From positions 32,001 through 96,000 of the forward strand of contig CAWGYA010000008.1 in the NCBI GenBank assembly GCA_963826715.1: a stretch of 64,000 nucleotides of DNA, written 5' to 3'. Within the stretch, counting starts at the first letter, position 1. Every line of letters begins with the position of its first letter. Shown in pieces: positions 9,885 through 21,200 of this stretch. The DNA comes from Candidatus Bathyarchaeota archaeon (GTDB lineage Archaea; Thermoproteota; Bathyarchaeia; Bathyarchaeales; Bathycorpusculaceae). Position numbers and translations under genes: made by a program. Under the pieces are notes generated by a model. That model had not been told where the DNA came from, ran no database searches, and was given only the letters and a program-made list of their open reading frames with translations.

Positions 9885-11839
9885 AAAGCCTATCAGTTAT
9901 TCTAATAGTTCTTCTAATGGCATCATTGATAGCACCCTTAACAGTAAGAGCTCAACCAGCTGCAATCCCACATGAGGATCCCCAAACCGCCCAAAGCACA
10001 ATTAACCCATTCTCATTCCTAAGCCAATATGTAGACATCTTTGAGCTTATGGCAACCGGAAAATACAACAATGCCAGCCAACTAAGCGAAAAATTAAGCC
10101 AAATAGATGTCCCAGACGAATACCGCTACATCATAAATAGATACAACGACTTAACCCAACAACTCATCAACACCCTAAGCAACTTAGACGGCGCACTAAA
10201 CAACGCTTCAACCTTACTAGATCAATATCGAATAGGTGAAGCTCGACAGGCAATAGATAATGCAGGTATATTGGTTGCCAAAGCACAGATTCTACTCAAC
10301 GATCTAAAGGAAGCAACATCAACCCTAAGTCAGCGTTTAGGCATTTTCTCCACCCCACTTGAAGATAAAGCCAGACAAGCCTACACACAATTAGAGAGTA
10401 TGCTAGACCGATTAAATGCACTAATCGAACGCTACTATCAACTGCTACAAGCTGCCAATCAAAGAATTGAAGGCACCCAAAAAATCATTCCCACCATACT
10501 CAGTATAAATTTGGACGCAACAGAACGCTTTGTCGGAAGCACCCTACAAGTGTCAGGAACGCTCAGCACAACAAGCGGTCAACAACTAAGAAATCGGGCA
10601 ATACAAATCCTCATTGACGGCGACGGGGTCACAACCGTCAACACAGCAACAGACGGATCATACCACAAACAAATCCAAGTACCTTACAAGTACGTCGACC
10701 ATATATCAATACAAGCATTGTACACACCTCAAGGCAGCGACAGAGGAATATACCAAGCCGCTTTAAGCCCAATCATCCAACTCAAAATATTATATTACAA
10801 AACCAACCTCAACGTTATTGCTTCAAGTGTAGCTTACCCTGGATTAACTCTTGTAATTCAGGCCAATGTAACCTCACAAGACGCAAACCCACTAAGTGAC
10901 CGCCAAGTAAGAGTACTCTTAGATGGAACGCAAATCGGCCAAAGCCAAACTGACACCCAGGGAGGCTGCATAATTAAATATTCAATCCAAACTCAAGCAA
11001 AATTGGGCAATCACACCTTAACAGTGAAAGTGGACCCCTCAGGAACATACGCCGATACAGCTAAAAGCAAAATACTATCGATCCAAAAGAGGCAAACAAC
11101 AATTGAGCTTAATTCTCCAAGCGTCCTTATGCTACCAGGGCAACTTCAAATAAACGGCTCAGCTCACTCGACAGATGGACCCTTAAAAAACGCAAATATC
11201 AAAGTGGAATTTGCCAACGCACTATCCACCACTAAAACATCAAACGATGGCAACTTCAACATAACAATAGACGCACCAATTAGCATAATTTTTGCAGGGA
11301 ATCAAGAATTAAAGGTAACCGCTCAACCCTCCGAACCATGGCAAGCTACTACTCAGAAAACAACGAATATTTTTGTCCTAAACTACATAAGCATAGCAGT
11401 CGCAGTAGCATCCTCATTAGCAATAATATTTATGGCATACTCAAAATACCTAAAGAATTCAAACAAAAAAAGGGAAACAAAAAAAACTGAAATCCTCTTA
11501 GCCACAACACAAAATAGCGAAGATACGATAGCGGTTGCCGCGTCAATCCCACAAGCCCTATTTGAAGGAACAAAAGGAAGAGTTCTAAAAGCATACCTCA
11601 ACGCTGTAGGGGCAATCCAATCGGTCACAGGCGAGAACTTAACACCTAATATCACCTTACGCGAATATCTAAAGACCACAACTCCAAAGATGGGAAAAAC
11701 TGGTGATTTATTCTCTGAAATAACAGCTCTAACAGAAACAAGCCTCTACTCCACTCACCAAATAAAGCCAGAGGACGCTGAGCATGCAGAGGAGTTAGCA
11801 AACAACATAAGGAGGAGTCTAACCAATGGAAACCCGTAA
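9881..11839 (+). CDS. secreted membrane-anchored protein: helical bundle, three Ig-like repeats, TM and C-terminal DUF4129-like domain
   Basis: Signal peptide; repeated I.ILIDG...T..DG.Y / V.VLLDG...TD..G beta-sandwich units; TM near residue 510; C-terminal TLREYL...LTETSLYS typical of DUF4129. Confidence 0.75.
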   Translation: MKSLSVILIVLLMASLIAPLTVRAQPAAIPHEDPQTAQSTINPFSFLSQYVDIFELMATGKYNNASQLSEKLSQIDVPDEYRYIINRYNDLTQQLINTLSNLDGALNNASTLLDQYRIGEARQAIDNAGILVAKAQILLNDLKEATSTLSQRLGIFSTPLEDKARQAYTQLESMLDRLNALIERYYQLLQAANQRIEGTQKIIPTILSINLDATERFVGSTLQVSGTLSTTSGQQLRNRAIQILIDGDGVTTVNTATDGSYHKQIQVPYKYVDHISIQALYTPQGSDRGIYQAALSPIIQLKILYYKTNLNVIASSVAYPGLTLVIQANVTSQDANPLSDRQVRVLLDGTQIGQSQTDTQGGCIIKYSIQTQAKLGNHTLTVKVDPSGTYADTAKSKILSIQKRQTTIELNSPSVLMLPGQLQINGSAHSTDGPLKNANIKVEFANALSTTKTSNDGNFNITIDAPISIIFAGNQELKVTAQPSEPWQATTQKTTNIFVLNYISIAVAVASSLAIIFMAYSKYLKNSNKKRETKKTEILLATTQNSEDTIAVAASIPQALFEGTKGRVLKAYLNAVGAIQSVTGENLTPNITLREYLKTTTPKMGKTGDLFSEITALTETSLYSTHQIKPEDAEHAEELANNIRRSLTNGNP

Positions 11840-12713
11840 GAAACTCCCGCTCCTGATGCTAATCATCATTCTAATCCTCTCTATGATCATATGGTTTTAT
11901 CCTCCAACGGGAGACTTTAGAGTAGAAAACCCATTTTGGAATGGCATCTCAAACCTAAACGAGCAAAAAAACGTCACACCAACAAATTCATTCGATAACT
12001 TACCATCTTCAAGCTCAGGAACAACCTTGCTTATCGTTCCATACGAACAATTCACGAACACTGAGCTCGAGCAACTCAAAAACTACGCCGCTACAGGTGG
12101 AACAATAGTTATTTTAGACGATTATGGCTTCGGAAATCAAGTCCTAAACAGCCTAGGGCTAAAACTAAAATTCACAGGACAAACATTGCTAGATCCCCTC
12201 TTTGAATACAAAAATCAACAGTTGCCAAAAATCACCGATTTCACCAACCTTCCCACAAACGCCAGCATCAGCAGCATCGTCTTAAACCATGCAACCACCC
12301 TACAAGACACCTCAAGCGCAACAATAATTGCCAGTTCATCAACCTTTAGCTATCAAGACTCCAACAACAACCAAGAATTGGATACAAATGAACCAAAAGG
12401 GCCATTACCAGTGGTTGCCTCCGAAAAATTAGGGCAAGGATTTGTGATCGCCGTTGCAGATCCAAGCATTCTAATCAATAACATGATCAGCATAGATGAC
12501 AACGCCAACTTCATAGATGAAATAATAAACCTTCAAGGCCCAGTGAACCAAATTTTCATTGACCAAAATCATCTTCCCAATTCACCCTTAGATACAGCAA
12601 AATCTGATATGGCATTCGTGTATAATTTAGTTGCTTCCCCAATAGGAACACTAACCTTAATAGCCGTCGTATTGGCAATATCATTAAAACCCATCTGGAA
12701 GAAAAGAGCATGA
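11826..12713 (+). CDS. DUF4350-like membrane-anchored protein (GATase-like fold)
   Basis: N- and C-terminal TMs; NPFWNG, GGTIVILDD, LGQGFVIAVADPSILINNM and FIDQNH motifs. Confidence 0.8.
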   Translation: METRKKLPLLMLIIILILSMIIWFYPPTGDFRVENPFWNGISNLNEQKNVTPTNSFDNLPSSSSGTTLLIVPYEQFTNTELEQLKNYAATGGTIVILDDYGFGNQVLNSLGLKLKFTGQTLLDPLFEYKNQQLPKITDFTNLPTNASISSIVLNHATTLQDTSSATIIASSSTFSYQDSNNNQELDTNEPKGPLPVVASEKLGQGFVIAVADPSILINNMISIDDNANFIDEIINLQGPVNQIFIDQNHLPNSPLDTAKSDMAFVYNLVASPIGTLTLIAVVLAISLKPIWKKRA

Positions 12714-13651
12714 AAAAAACCGAAAAACCACTTAGCGTTCCAGATAAAATTTTATCAGAAATCTCCAAAGTTGTAGTCGGCAAACAAAACGGAAAAGAAC
12801 TTTTGCTAATAGCCCTGCTAAGCGAAGGACATGTTCTAATTGAAGGACACGCCGGTACAGCCAAAACATTGTTGGCAAAAACCTTCGCCAAAGTTATAGC
12901 AGCAGAATTTAAAAGAATACAATTGACCCCAGACATGCTACCATCAGACATCACCGGTTTTAACGTCTACTCCCCTGATGGCACCGCCAGATTCGTAGCA
13001 GGCCCAATTTTTGGAAACATCATACTGGCAGACGAACTTAACAGAACAACACCCCGTACACAATCAGCCCTCATCGAAGCCATGCAAGAAAAACAAGTAA
13101 CCATCGAAGGCTCAACCCATCCACTATCGGATATCTTCATGGTAATCGGCAGCCAACTCCCATACGGATCCGAAGGCACATACCCACTAACAGAAGTGCA
13201 AGCAGACAGGTTCATGTTTAGAGCATGGAGCGATTATCTACAAAAAGAAGATGAACAAAGAGTAATCACTAACGTCGACTATATCGAAGAACCAAACCTA
13301 AAACCAATAGTAAAAATGGAAGAGATCTACCAACTTCAAGAAGCCATTAAAAAAGTCCACATCTCAGAAGCAATCTCAGCCTACATTGTCGCTATAGTCG
13401 CAAAAACCCGAGATGACCCAGATATCCTCTCGGGTCCTAGCACAAGAGCCAGCGTTTCACTCTACAAAGGCTCAAGGGCACTAGCATATCTACGCGGAAG
13501 AGACTATGTATTACCTGACGACGTAAAAGAACTCACCCCACCAGTTTTAATTCACAGAATCAGAGTTAAACCTGAAGCAGAAATGGAGAACATAACCCCC
13601 CAGACTATTATTGACAGAGTGCTAAACGCAGTTCCAGTTCCAAAAATATAG
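12710..13651 (+). CDS. moxR: MoxR-family AAA+ ATPase
   Basis: GHVLIEGHAGTAKT, RIQLTPDMLPSDITG, ILADELNRTTPRTQSALIEAMQE, EGTYPLTEVQADRF, GRDYVLPDDVK. Confidence 0.95.
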   Translation: MKKTEKPLSVPDKILSEISKVVVGKQNGKELLLIALLSEGHVLIEGHAGTAKTLLAKTFAKVIAAEFKRIQLTPDMLPSDITGFNVYSPDGTARFVAGPIFGNIILADELNRTTPRTQSALIEAMQEKQVTIEGSTHPLSDIFMVIGSQLPYGSEGTYPLTEVQADRFMFRAWSDYLQKEDEQRVITNVDYIEEPNLKPIVKMEEIYQLQEAIKKVHISEAISAYIVAIVAKTRDDPDILSGPSTRASVSLYKGSRALAYLRGRDYVLPDDVKELTPPVLIHRIRVKPEAEMENITPQTIIDRVLNAVPVPKI

Positions 13652-13672
13652 TCGTTATTTGAAGAGTGCCAA

Positions 13673-15214
13673 ATGACCCTGTTAACCGCAGAAAAGCTTG
13701 CAAGAACCTACCTAATTGTAGTGCTCGTACTGTCGGTGATTGTGGCATCCCCCCTGCAACTTGGCATATCAGCAGCACTTTTAGCAATCCAGCTTTACTC
13801 TGCCTACAAACAGCCAAAACCAAACCTACATCTAACCTTAACCTTTGCATCAATAATCCTTGCACCAATAGTCTTTGAAGCAATAGCAGGAGAAATCGCA
13901 GCAGTCACACTTACAATACCTACAATTTTAATGCTAGACCACGCCTTGAAAAAATTTACCCTAACCCAAAGCTACAGCTTTAACCGAATTGGAAGAAATA
14001 TCAGCAACACACTCAAACTACTATCAGTCTCTTTGACCATTATTTTCCTAATCACTTTAGTCACTGCAAATCTAACCCTTTTACTATCAACAACATTATT
14101 GATTGCTTACCTCACCGCGGCAACAATAAATACCCTAACTAAAATCCCAAAAAAACCTCTACAAGAAAGCAACTCATGGACCAGAATAGTCGTCGGAAAC
14201 TCGGAAAACACAGAAGTTCAAATCCAAGCCAAAACAGCTTTGCCTACTTATGTTTCACTAGAACCCGTCGATACATGGGTCAGTTTGGAACCATCCAACT
14301 ATAGAATAAACCCAAAGAGCGAAACAAAATTTAACATCAAATTCACACCCCCCCTAGCAGGACCAACAAAAATCCAGATCAAAGCATCCTTGATCGATCC
14401 CCGCGGACTAATACAAACGGGACAGATTATAGAACCACTAAATCTAAGCATCATCCCCAAAGCAAAATACGCATCATGGTTAGCCAATAAATTCCTAGAA
14501 CAAACCACCCCAGGCGGTGGTATGGCTATTGCTATCCCCCACCCAAGCTCAAAGCCAGCTAGCTCCGGAGTTGAATTCTACAGCATTCGCCCATATCAAC
14601 CCGGGGACACACAAAAAGACATCGACTGGAAACATACCTACATGCTAAGTGAATTGATAGTCAAACAATACACTGGAACGCAAGGACAAGTCGGAATAAT
14701 CGCAGCTAATTTGACAGCAAAAAACCCCCAAGACGCAGATATATTGGCATACAATTTAGTTATGACAGCATTAACACTAGCCACTGAAGGTCTACCTTCA
14801 GCGCTAGCAGTTTACAATGACAAGGAAGTACTAGCAGCAACTCATCTAATGAACCCTCGAGAAATACTAAAACAAGCTCTACAGTTAACTGAAAAAATAG
14901 CAATCATAGAACAAAAACAGAAGGTGCTACAATCAATTGAAACACGTAGACTTAAACGATCGATCGAGCAACTCTCCAAAATTGGAAGCGAATCAGCCGC
15001 AAAACTAGAGAAACTGTTGGAGTTCGAAATAGAGGCAAAAGCTATGGCTACAAAAAATCAACCTGCCACTGAAGCATTAACAAAAGTTACAGACAACCTT
15101 CAAGGCAGAGCCGTGATAACTGTAATATCGGGTATGGATGCCCCCTCTGAAGCTTTGTTGCTGACTTTGGAAAAACTGCAGGAACAAGGACATAGCATAA
15201 TCAAATTAAAGTAA
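13673..15214 (+). CDS. DUF58-domain membrane protein
   Basis: About six N-terminal TMs, an Ig-like domain, then GVEFYSIRPYQPGD..KDIDWKHT...LIVKQY. Directly follows MoxR. Confidence 0.88.
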   Translation: MTLLTAEKLARTYLIVVLVLSVIVASPLQLGISAALLAIQLYSAYKQPKPNLHLTLTFASIILAPIVFEAIAGEIAAVTLTIPTILMLDHALKKFTLTQSYSFNRIGRNISNTLKLLSVSLTIIFLITLVTANLTLLLSTTLLIAYLTAATINTLTKIPKKPLQESNSWTRIVVGNSENTEVQIQAKTALPTYVSLEPVDTWVSLEPSNYRINPKSETKFNIKFTPPLAGPTKIQIKASLIDPRGLIQTGQIIEPLNLSIIPKAKYASWLANKFLEQTTPGGGMAIAIPHPSSKPASSGVEFYSIRPYQPGDTQKDIDWKHTYMLSELIVKQYTGTQGQVGIIAANLTAKNPQDADILAYNLVMTALTLATEGLPSALAVYNDKEVLAATHLMNPREILKQALQLTEKIAIIEQKQKVLQSIETRRLKRSIEQLSKIGSESAAKLEKLLEFEIEAKAMATKNQPATEALTKVTDNLQGRAVITVISGMDAPSEALLLTLEKLQEQGHSIIKLK

Positions 15215-15262
15215 AAAATCTTTTAAATAAAAATTTAATTGGTTGCTTTTTCAGCTAAGAGC

Positions 15263-15883
15263 CTATAACTTGCCGGAATTGCGCAAGCGAACAACCAAGA
15301 ACAGTACACCAATTATAACAACTATAGCTATAGCGATTATTAGAATCCACATTGTTGATCCATCAGTACTCTCAACAATTTTTGTACCGCCAATAGCAAA
15401 CAAAGGGTCATCTACACTTGTCAAAGTTATAGTTAGGGTTTTAGCATCCAAGTCGGCAGTTGTGGGCATTTCAACGTAACTGTCGCTTTCAGGTAAGTAT
15501 TTGTAAATTGAATAGGGCGGCTGCAGGTTTTCAACATCGCTATCACTGTAGTTAAATGTCACTGTGGCACTGGTGAATTCGGTTGGATCCATGTCAAAAG
15601 TTATTACTGTGAATTTGCTAAGTCCGATTTCATTGGAGTAACTAGCACTAGTCTGAGGATTACCAGAGTAAACACTAGTAATTATAGATCCAGTTGCACC
15701 TGGAACACCATCAACAACGTAAGTAACGTCGAGTTCTTCTACAGTAACTTGCTCAAAACCATGAGAGTCAAGTTGTATTTGAGTAGTCTTTTCGGTCGAA
15801 TACTGTGAACTCACTAAACCAATAGACAACGATACCAAGAGTAGTGTAACAATTGATATGCAAACCAATTTAGATTTTTGCAT
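15263..15883 (-). CDS. small secreted surface protein with C-terminal TM anchor (PGF-pre-PGF-like beta domain)
   Basis: Signal peptide from ATG 15883 (MQKSKLVCISIV...), acidic beta-rich body (ATVTFNYSD...IYKY...FAIGG), C-terminal TM and RLRN tail. Confidence 0.7.
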   Translation of the reverse strand: MQKSKLVCISIVTLLLVSLSIGLVSSQYSTEKTTQIQLDSHGFEQVTVEELDVTYVVDGVPGATGSIITSVYSGNPQTSASYSNEIGLSKFTVITFDMDPTEFTSATVTFNYSDSDVENLQPPYSIYKYLPESDSYVEMPTTADLDAKTLTITLTSVDDPLFAIGGTKIVESTDGSTMWILIIAIAIVVIIGVLFLVVRLRNSGKL

Positions 15884-15974
15884 TATGGATTTCTCCAAAC
15901 AGAAGGTATTAGTCACCGTTAACCTTAAAAGGTTTACTAACCGAGAAAACTCTCAAAGGCATCATCATAACAAA

Positions 15975-17911
15975 TTACCAAATATTAATATTAAAAATAT
16001 AACTTAAACTAAAATTCAATAAGCCCAAAAAGAATGCCGTTAAAAAAATCAAAGAAAACCAAAAACGCAAACGTCCAACCCGCCCAGCGAAAACCTGGAC
16101 AATATAAAACAACCCCAAAACACAAAAAATCACCCAAGGCATTAAAAATAAAAACCTATCAAATACAAAACTTTCTGCCGCAAACAAAATCGACATACAA
16201 CCGACAAAAAACCAGGAAATAAGAAACCTTGAAATCTCAGTTTTAAAGCGCAACAAAACAAAAAGACCTACAACTGCCAAGATAAGCAAAATCATTCTAG
16301 CAAAAACTCCGCCCAAAACAAAATCAACCGTGTTGCTCATTTCATTTAACAAAAACCCAAAATTGGGTAAACCCAAACTAGACTGTGCAGTTCCCAATGT
16401 AGAAGCAGAAGATGAAACAGAACTCAACAACCCTCTAGAAAAGTCACACAATAACCCAACCGCTAAGGTTGATGCAACAAAGACACCCATCATTTTGAAT
16501 CTGCCAGACCCACTACCTCGCGTAGACACGCGCCACTCCAAAAACAAAAACAGCAAAAGCGAGAGCATAAAAATAAACCAAGTCCATGAATGACTAAACA
16601 AGACGCCAACCGATATAGCCAGCAAACTAAAAAAGCCTAAAGCAGACCAATGATCAAGTAACCTAAAGAATAGAACAACATAGCCAAAAACCAAAATCAA
16701 AGCCAACATAGTCGCAAAATAACCTGAGTAAATAAGCCCTAGAGCTTGAAAACTAAACGGCACAAACAATACACCTAAAACCCAAATGTCACGAATTCGG
16801 CAAACCAAGCGCAGCACAAAAAAAGAAACAAGCCCAAACATTACAATCAGAAGAGCTGAAACAAACTGTGTAATCATAGCGGGCGAAGCAAAAAAAGACA
16901 AGGCATACGCTAAAACTAAAAACAGTGCACGATCGTTACTAAAAGCAAAGGAAGCGCGTTATCTGCGTTGACATTGTGCATGTAATTGATCCATTGGTAA
17001 GTAGACAGGAGAGTCGACACTCACCAGCATGCCAGTGGGATTAGCCCAAGGTAACAACGTAAAAATCACAAACAAACATGAAACTACAGCTGAAACAACA
17101 ACCGCTAAAGCCACAATAAACCGCTTACGTAGAAAATTAAACCAGAGCCATCGCCTAAAACAAATAAACCATGTAAGCGGTGAACAAAGTTACTAAACCA
17201 TAAAGACTTAATCCGGAAAACTAATTTGTCAAACGAGAAAGCCTCAACTGCAAAGGCAACAATACCTAACAAAACAAAAAGCAGATAAGTATAGGGTAAA
17301 AGAGGATAAGACAGATTAGCTAAGCTTAACTCGACATTATTCCAATGCAACGCCAAACTGGAGAACCGGGGGTCTAAATTAAAAACTAAAGGTGCATTAA
17401 AAAAAATCAAAGCTACAAGTTCTACAAACAAAACAAAAAGAATAACCCCAAAAAACAACCGTGCAAACAAATCAACCTTAGAGAGTCCAAATAGACTCTG
17501 CGAAAGCATCAAACACAAAAAAGAAAGAAAACAACTAACCAAAACCAAAGAAACAAAACTAATTACACCAAAAATAACCAAAAAAACCCAGCCGACAAAA
17601 ACTAAGGATAGTACAAACAAGTTGATGCGAGGAAAAACGCTCATAACGCTAATCTTTAGGTGATATAGAATGGATGCCAAGACCACAAACAAAGCACCTG
17701 CCCATATTACCATGTCCAAAAATTGAGAAAACAGATAATTGGTAATTGAATGTTCGAGCATGCCACGGTTAACAAGAACAAAAAACGTTACATCCAAAAA
17801 ATTAGCCAAATATAGCAACGAAAAGACCAAACACAAACCAAGAGAAACATAAACTAACCACAAAGACCAACAGTGCCATAAACGCAAACTGCTGAAAAAT
17901 AATTCACGCAT
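15975..17911 (-). CDS. GT-C-like polytopic membrane protein interrupted by three 1-nt frameshifts (about 17140, 17000, 16950)
   Basis: ORFs 17105..17980 and 15975..16901 are joined by hidden frames NFLRKRFIVALAVVV...PTGMLVSVDSPVY / YQWINYMHNVNADNAL / FAFSNDRALFLVLAY. HSWTW and FDRF motifs are shared with paralogue 24167-26078. Confidence 0.7.
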
Positions 17912-18292
17912 ACACCGAAGCCCCCCGTGCATTAACTTTCTCAGGACGACATGGCGTTTAAACTTATGGACAAAGGGCACTTAAATAAAAGTGTGGGGAA
18001 CAGCACCAAAAAAGACTATGGATTTTAGTTATAATATAACAATCTCTCAAAGTTATCGCTGTCAAGCTGCCTAAAATATGGAAAATAAGTACAAGCTTAG
18101 TCATTCACCAAAAAACCCCAATTATGCACCCAATTGCTTGATTAAGCCACAAATTTAAGGCGGTTTTGTAGCTTCTAAATAACTGATCCAGCTAAAAAGT
18201 CAACCGAGTTAGCTGTTATGCATAGCATAAATTCATAATTAACTAATAATAGGCATATCGTAATATACAATAAAATAAACAGGGAATATAAC

Positions 18293-21200
18293 ATGAGAAA
18301 CAAAAACAAACATTTCAAAATCATCGGAAGCTCAATATTATTATTTCTGCTCATAGCTCTTCTAACGACGACACTATCGCCCAATATAACAACAGCACAA
18401 GTCTGGGATGAGCCCGTACCAAACTATTTCGGACCATATCCTAACTTTGCAACAAGCCAACTTCCCACAGTCACAAGAGACCCGACAACCGGAGAAGTCC
18501 TCTCAGCCGATGGAGGAATACGAAAATTCATTGACTCTCTGCCACTTCTCGGACCAGAAGGCACCAACAACTTAAACCAATATCTACCTGTCGCAATTTC
18601 TGACACAACAACCTATCCAGGCTGCGATTACTATGAAATAGCTCTAGTAGAATTCACCCAAAAAATGCACACAGACATAGCTCCAACCACACTTCGGGGA
18701 TATGTTCAGCTTGAAACGTCCGCAAACTATGAACAAAGTCAACATTATCCTCTATCGTATCCTGACGGATCACCGATTCTGAAGGCCGATAACACCCAAG
18801 CAATCTGTGTTGACCAACCACGCTATTTGGGTCCGTTTATAGTGGCCCAAAAAGACATGCCTGTACGCATCAAATTCACTAACTTCCTACCAACTGGCGA
18901 AGCGGGCGACCTATTCCTACCAGTCGACACAACTGTTATGGGATCAGGCATGGGATCCATCCCAATGCAGAACCCAGACGGCAGCCCGATGCGCAATCCC
19001 GATGGAATGATCATGTATGAGTCATACACCGAAAACCGTGCTACTCTTCACCTTCACGGCGGCAATACCCCCTGGATTAGCGACGGAACGCCACACCAAT
19101 GGATAACTCCTTCTGGAGAAGACACTGTATACCCGAAAGGCGTCAGCGTACAATATGTGCCTGACATGTGGTTTGTCGACGGAGAAGTAATTCCAAACAC
19201 CATAGGACAAACAACGCCGCCAGTTGCAGGAGCATCCAACAATCCAGGCGGCGATTCAATGACTTTCTACTACACAAACCAACAAAGCGCCAGACTACTC
19301 TTCTACCATGACCATGCATACGGCATTACCCGCCTAAACGTCTATGCAGGAGAAGCCGCAGGCTACATCATCCGAGACCAAGTTGAGCAGGCACTAATCA
19401 GCCAAGGCCTAATTCCACAAGATGAAATCCCACTTGTCCTACAAGACAAAACATTCGTCCCAGACACAACCACACCAATCACAAACATGTGGGGAACCTT
19501 CGATTCACAAATTGCCTTCCAAGACCCAACATGGAATACTCTACGTTGGGGCGATACGGGCAGTCTCTGGTACCCACACGTCTACATGACTATGCAGAAC
19601 CCAGGCGACACATCAGGAATGAACACATTCGGACGATGGCATTATGCACCATGGTTCTGGCCACCCTACACGCCGGAACATCCACCAGTTGCTAACCCCT
19701 ATATGGGACAAGTGCACCATGGCATAACTGAACCAGCACTAATACCAGGAGTACCAAACGTATCTGCTCCAGGTGAAGCATTCCTAGACACACCGGTGAT
19801 AAACGGAGTTGCCTACCCATACCTCGATGTGAAACCCCAAGCTTACAGATTCCGCATCCTAAACGCCGCTGATGACAGAGGATGGAACCTACAATTTTAC
19901 GTTGCCGACAGCACAGTAACTACCATAGACGGAAGAAACAACACAGAAGTCAGAATGGTCCCAGCAGTCCCAACCCCAGGATTTCCAGACACTTGGCCAA
20001 CCGACGGAAGAGACGGCGGAGTACCAGATCCCACAACCGCAGGTCCAGCATTTATACAGATAGGAAACGAAGCAGGCTTACTACCCACACCAGCAGTCCT
20101 TGAAAACAAACCGGTTAACTGGAACTGGGACATGGGAACCTTTGACTTTGGAAACATTAATCAAAACACATTAGCCCTAGCAGCAGCCGAACGTGCAGAC
20201 GTTATCGTTGACTTCTCACAATTCGCAGGTCAAACCCTAATTCTATACAATGACAACCCTGCACCAAACCCAGCGCCAGACCCACGACTTGACTACTACA
20301 CTGACAATCCAGATCAAACAGACAGCGGCGGAGCACCTTCAACCATCGCTGGTTACGGTCCAAACACAAGAACCATAATGCAAATCCGTGTTGCAGACAC
20401 AACACCTGCCACCGAATATAATACAACTACCCTTAACAACGCATTTGCATCAACATCCACAACTGAAGGTGCATACGCAGCAGCACAGCGAGCCCCCATT
20501 GTACCTCAAGCAGCGTACACTTCAGCATTCAACCAGACATTCTCAGACGTCTACGGCACAATATATGATAACTCACTAATCTTCACACCGATAAATGCAA
20601 CCGATCCGGTAACTATGTCATTTCAAGCAAAATCAATCCATGATGAAATGGGTGGAACCTACGACGTCGAATACGGAAGAATGCAGGTCCAACTTGGTGT
20701 TGAGCAAACAAAATCAACCCCACTAACTCAGACAACCATTCTATACGGCTTTGCTGATCCTTCAACAGAGATTATAGTTCCAGGCATAGAAGCGGCACCA
20801 ATTGGCTCACTAAGTGACGGTACTCAAATCTGGCGAATCACACACAACGGAGTAGATCAGCATCCAATGCACTGGCACATGTACGATGTCCAACTCATTA
20901 ACAGAGTTGCTTGGGACAACAACATAAGACCTCCAGATCCCAATGAGTTAGGATGGAAAGATACCATCAGAGTCAACCCACTACAGGACACATACATCGC
21001 TCTAAGACCTATCGTTCCAGACCTGCCCTTCGACTTACCCAATAGCGTTCGCCTCTTAGACCCAACAATGCCAGAAGGAGAGGTCCTAAAAACAACAGGA
21101 TTCATCATGGACCCAACCGGACAAGCAATAACCCTAACCAACCACGTAGTTAACTTCGGATGGGAATATGTCTGGCACTGCCACATACTTGCACATGAAG

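Noticed and set aside
15921-18040. Short palindromes AACCTT-AA-AAGGTT (15921-15934) and GTTATA-A-TATAAC (18028-18040) as operators
   Set aside because: 6-bp arms in AT-rich DNA are expected by chance, and the two do not share a motif.
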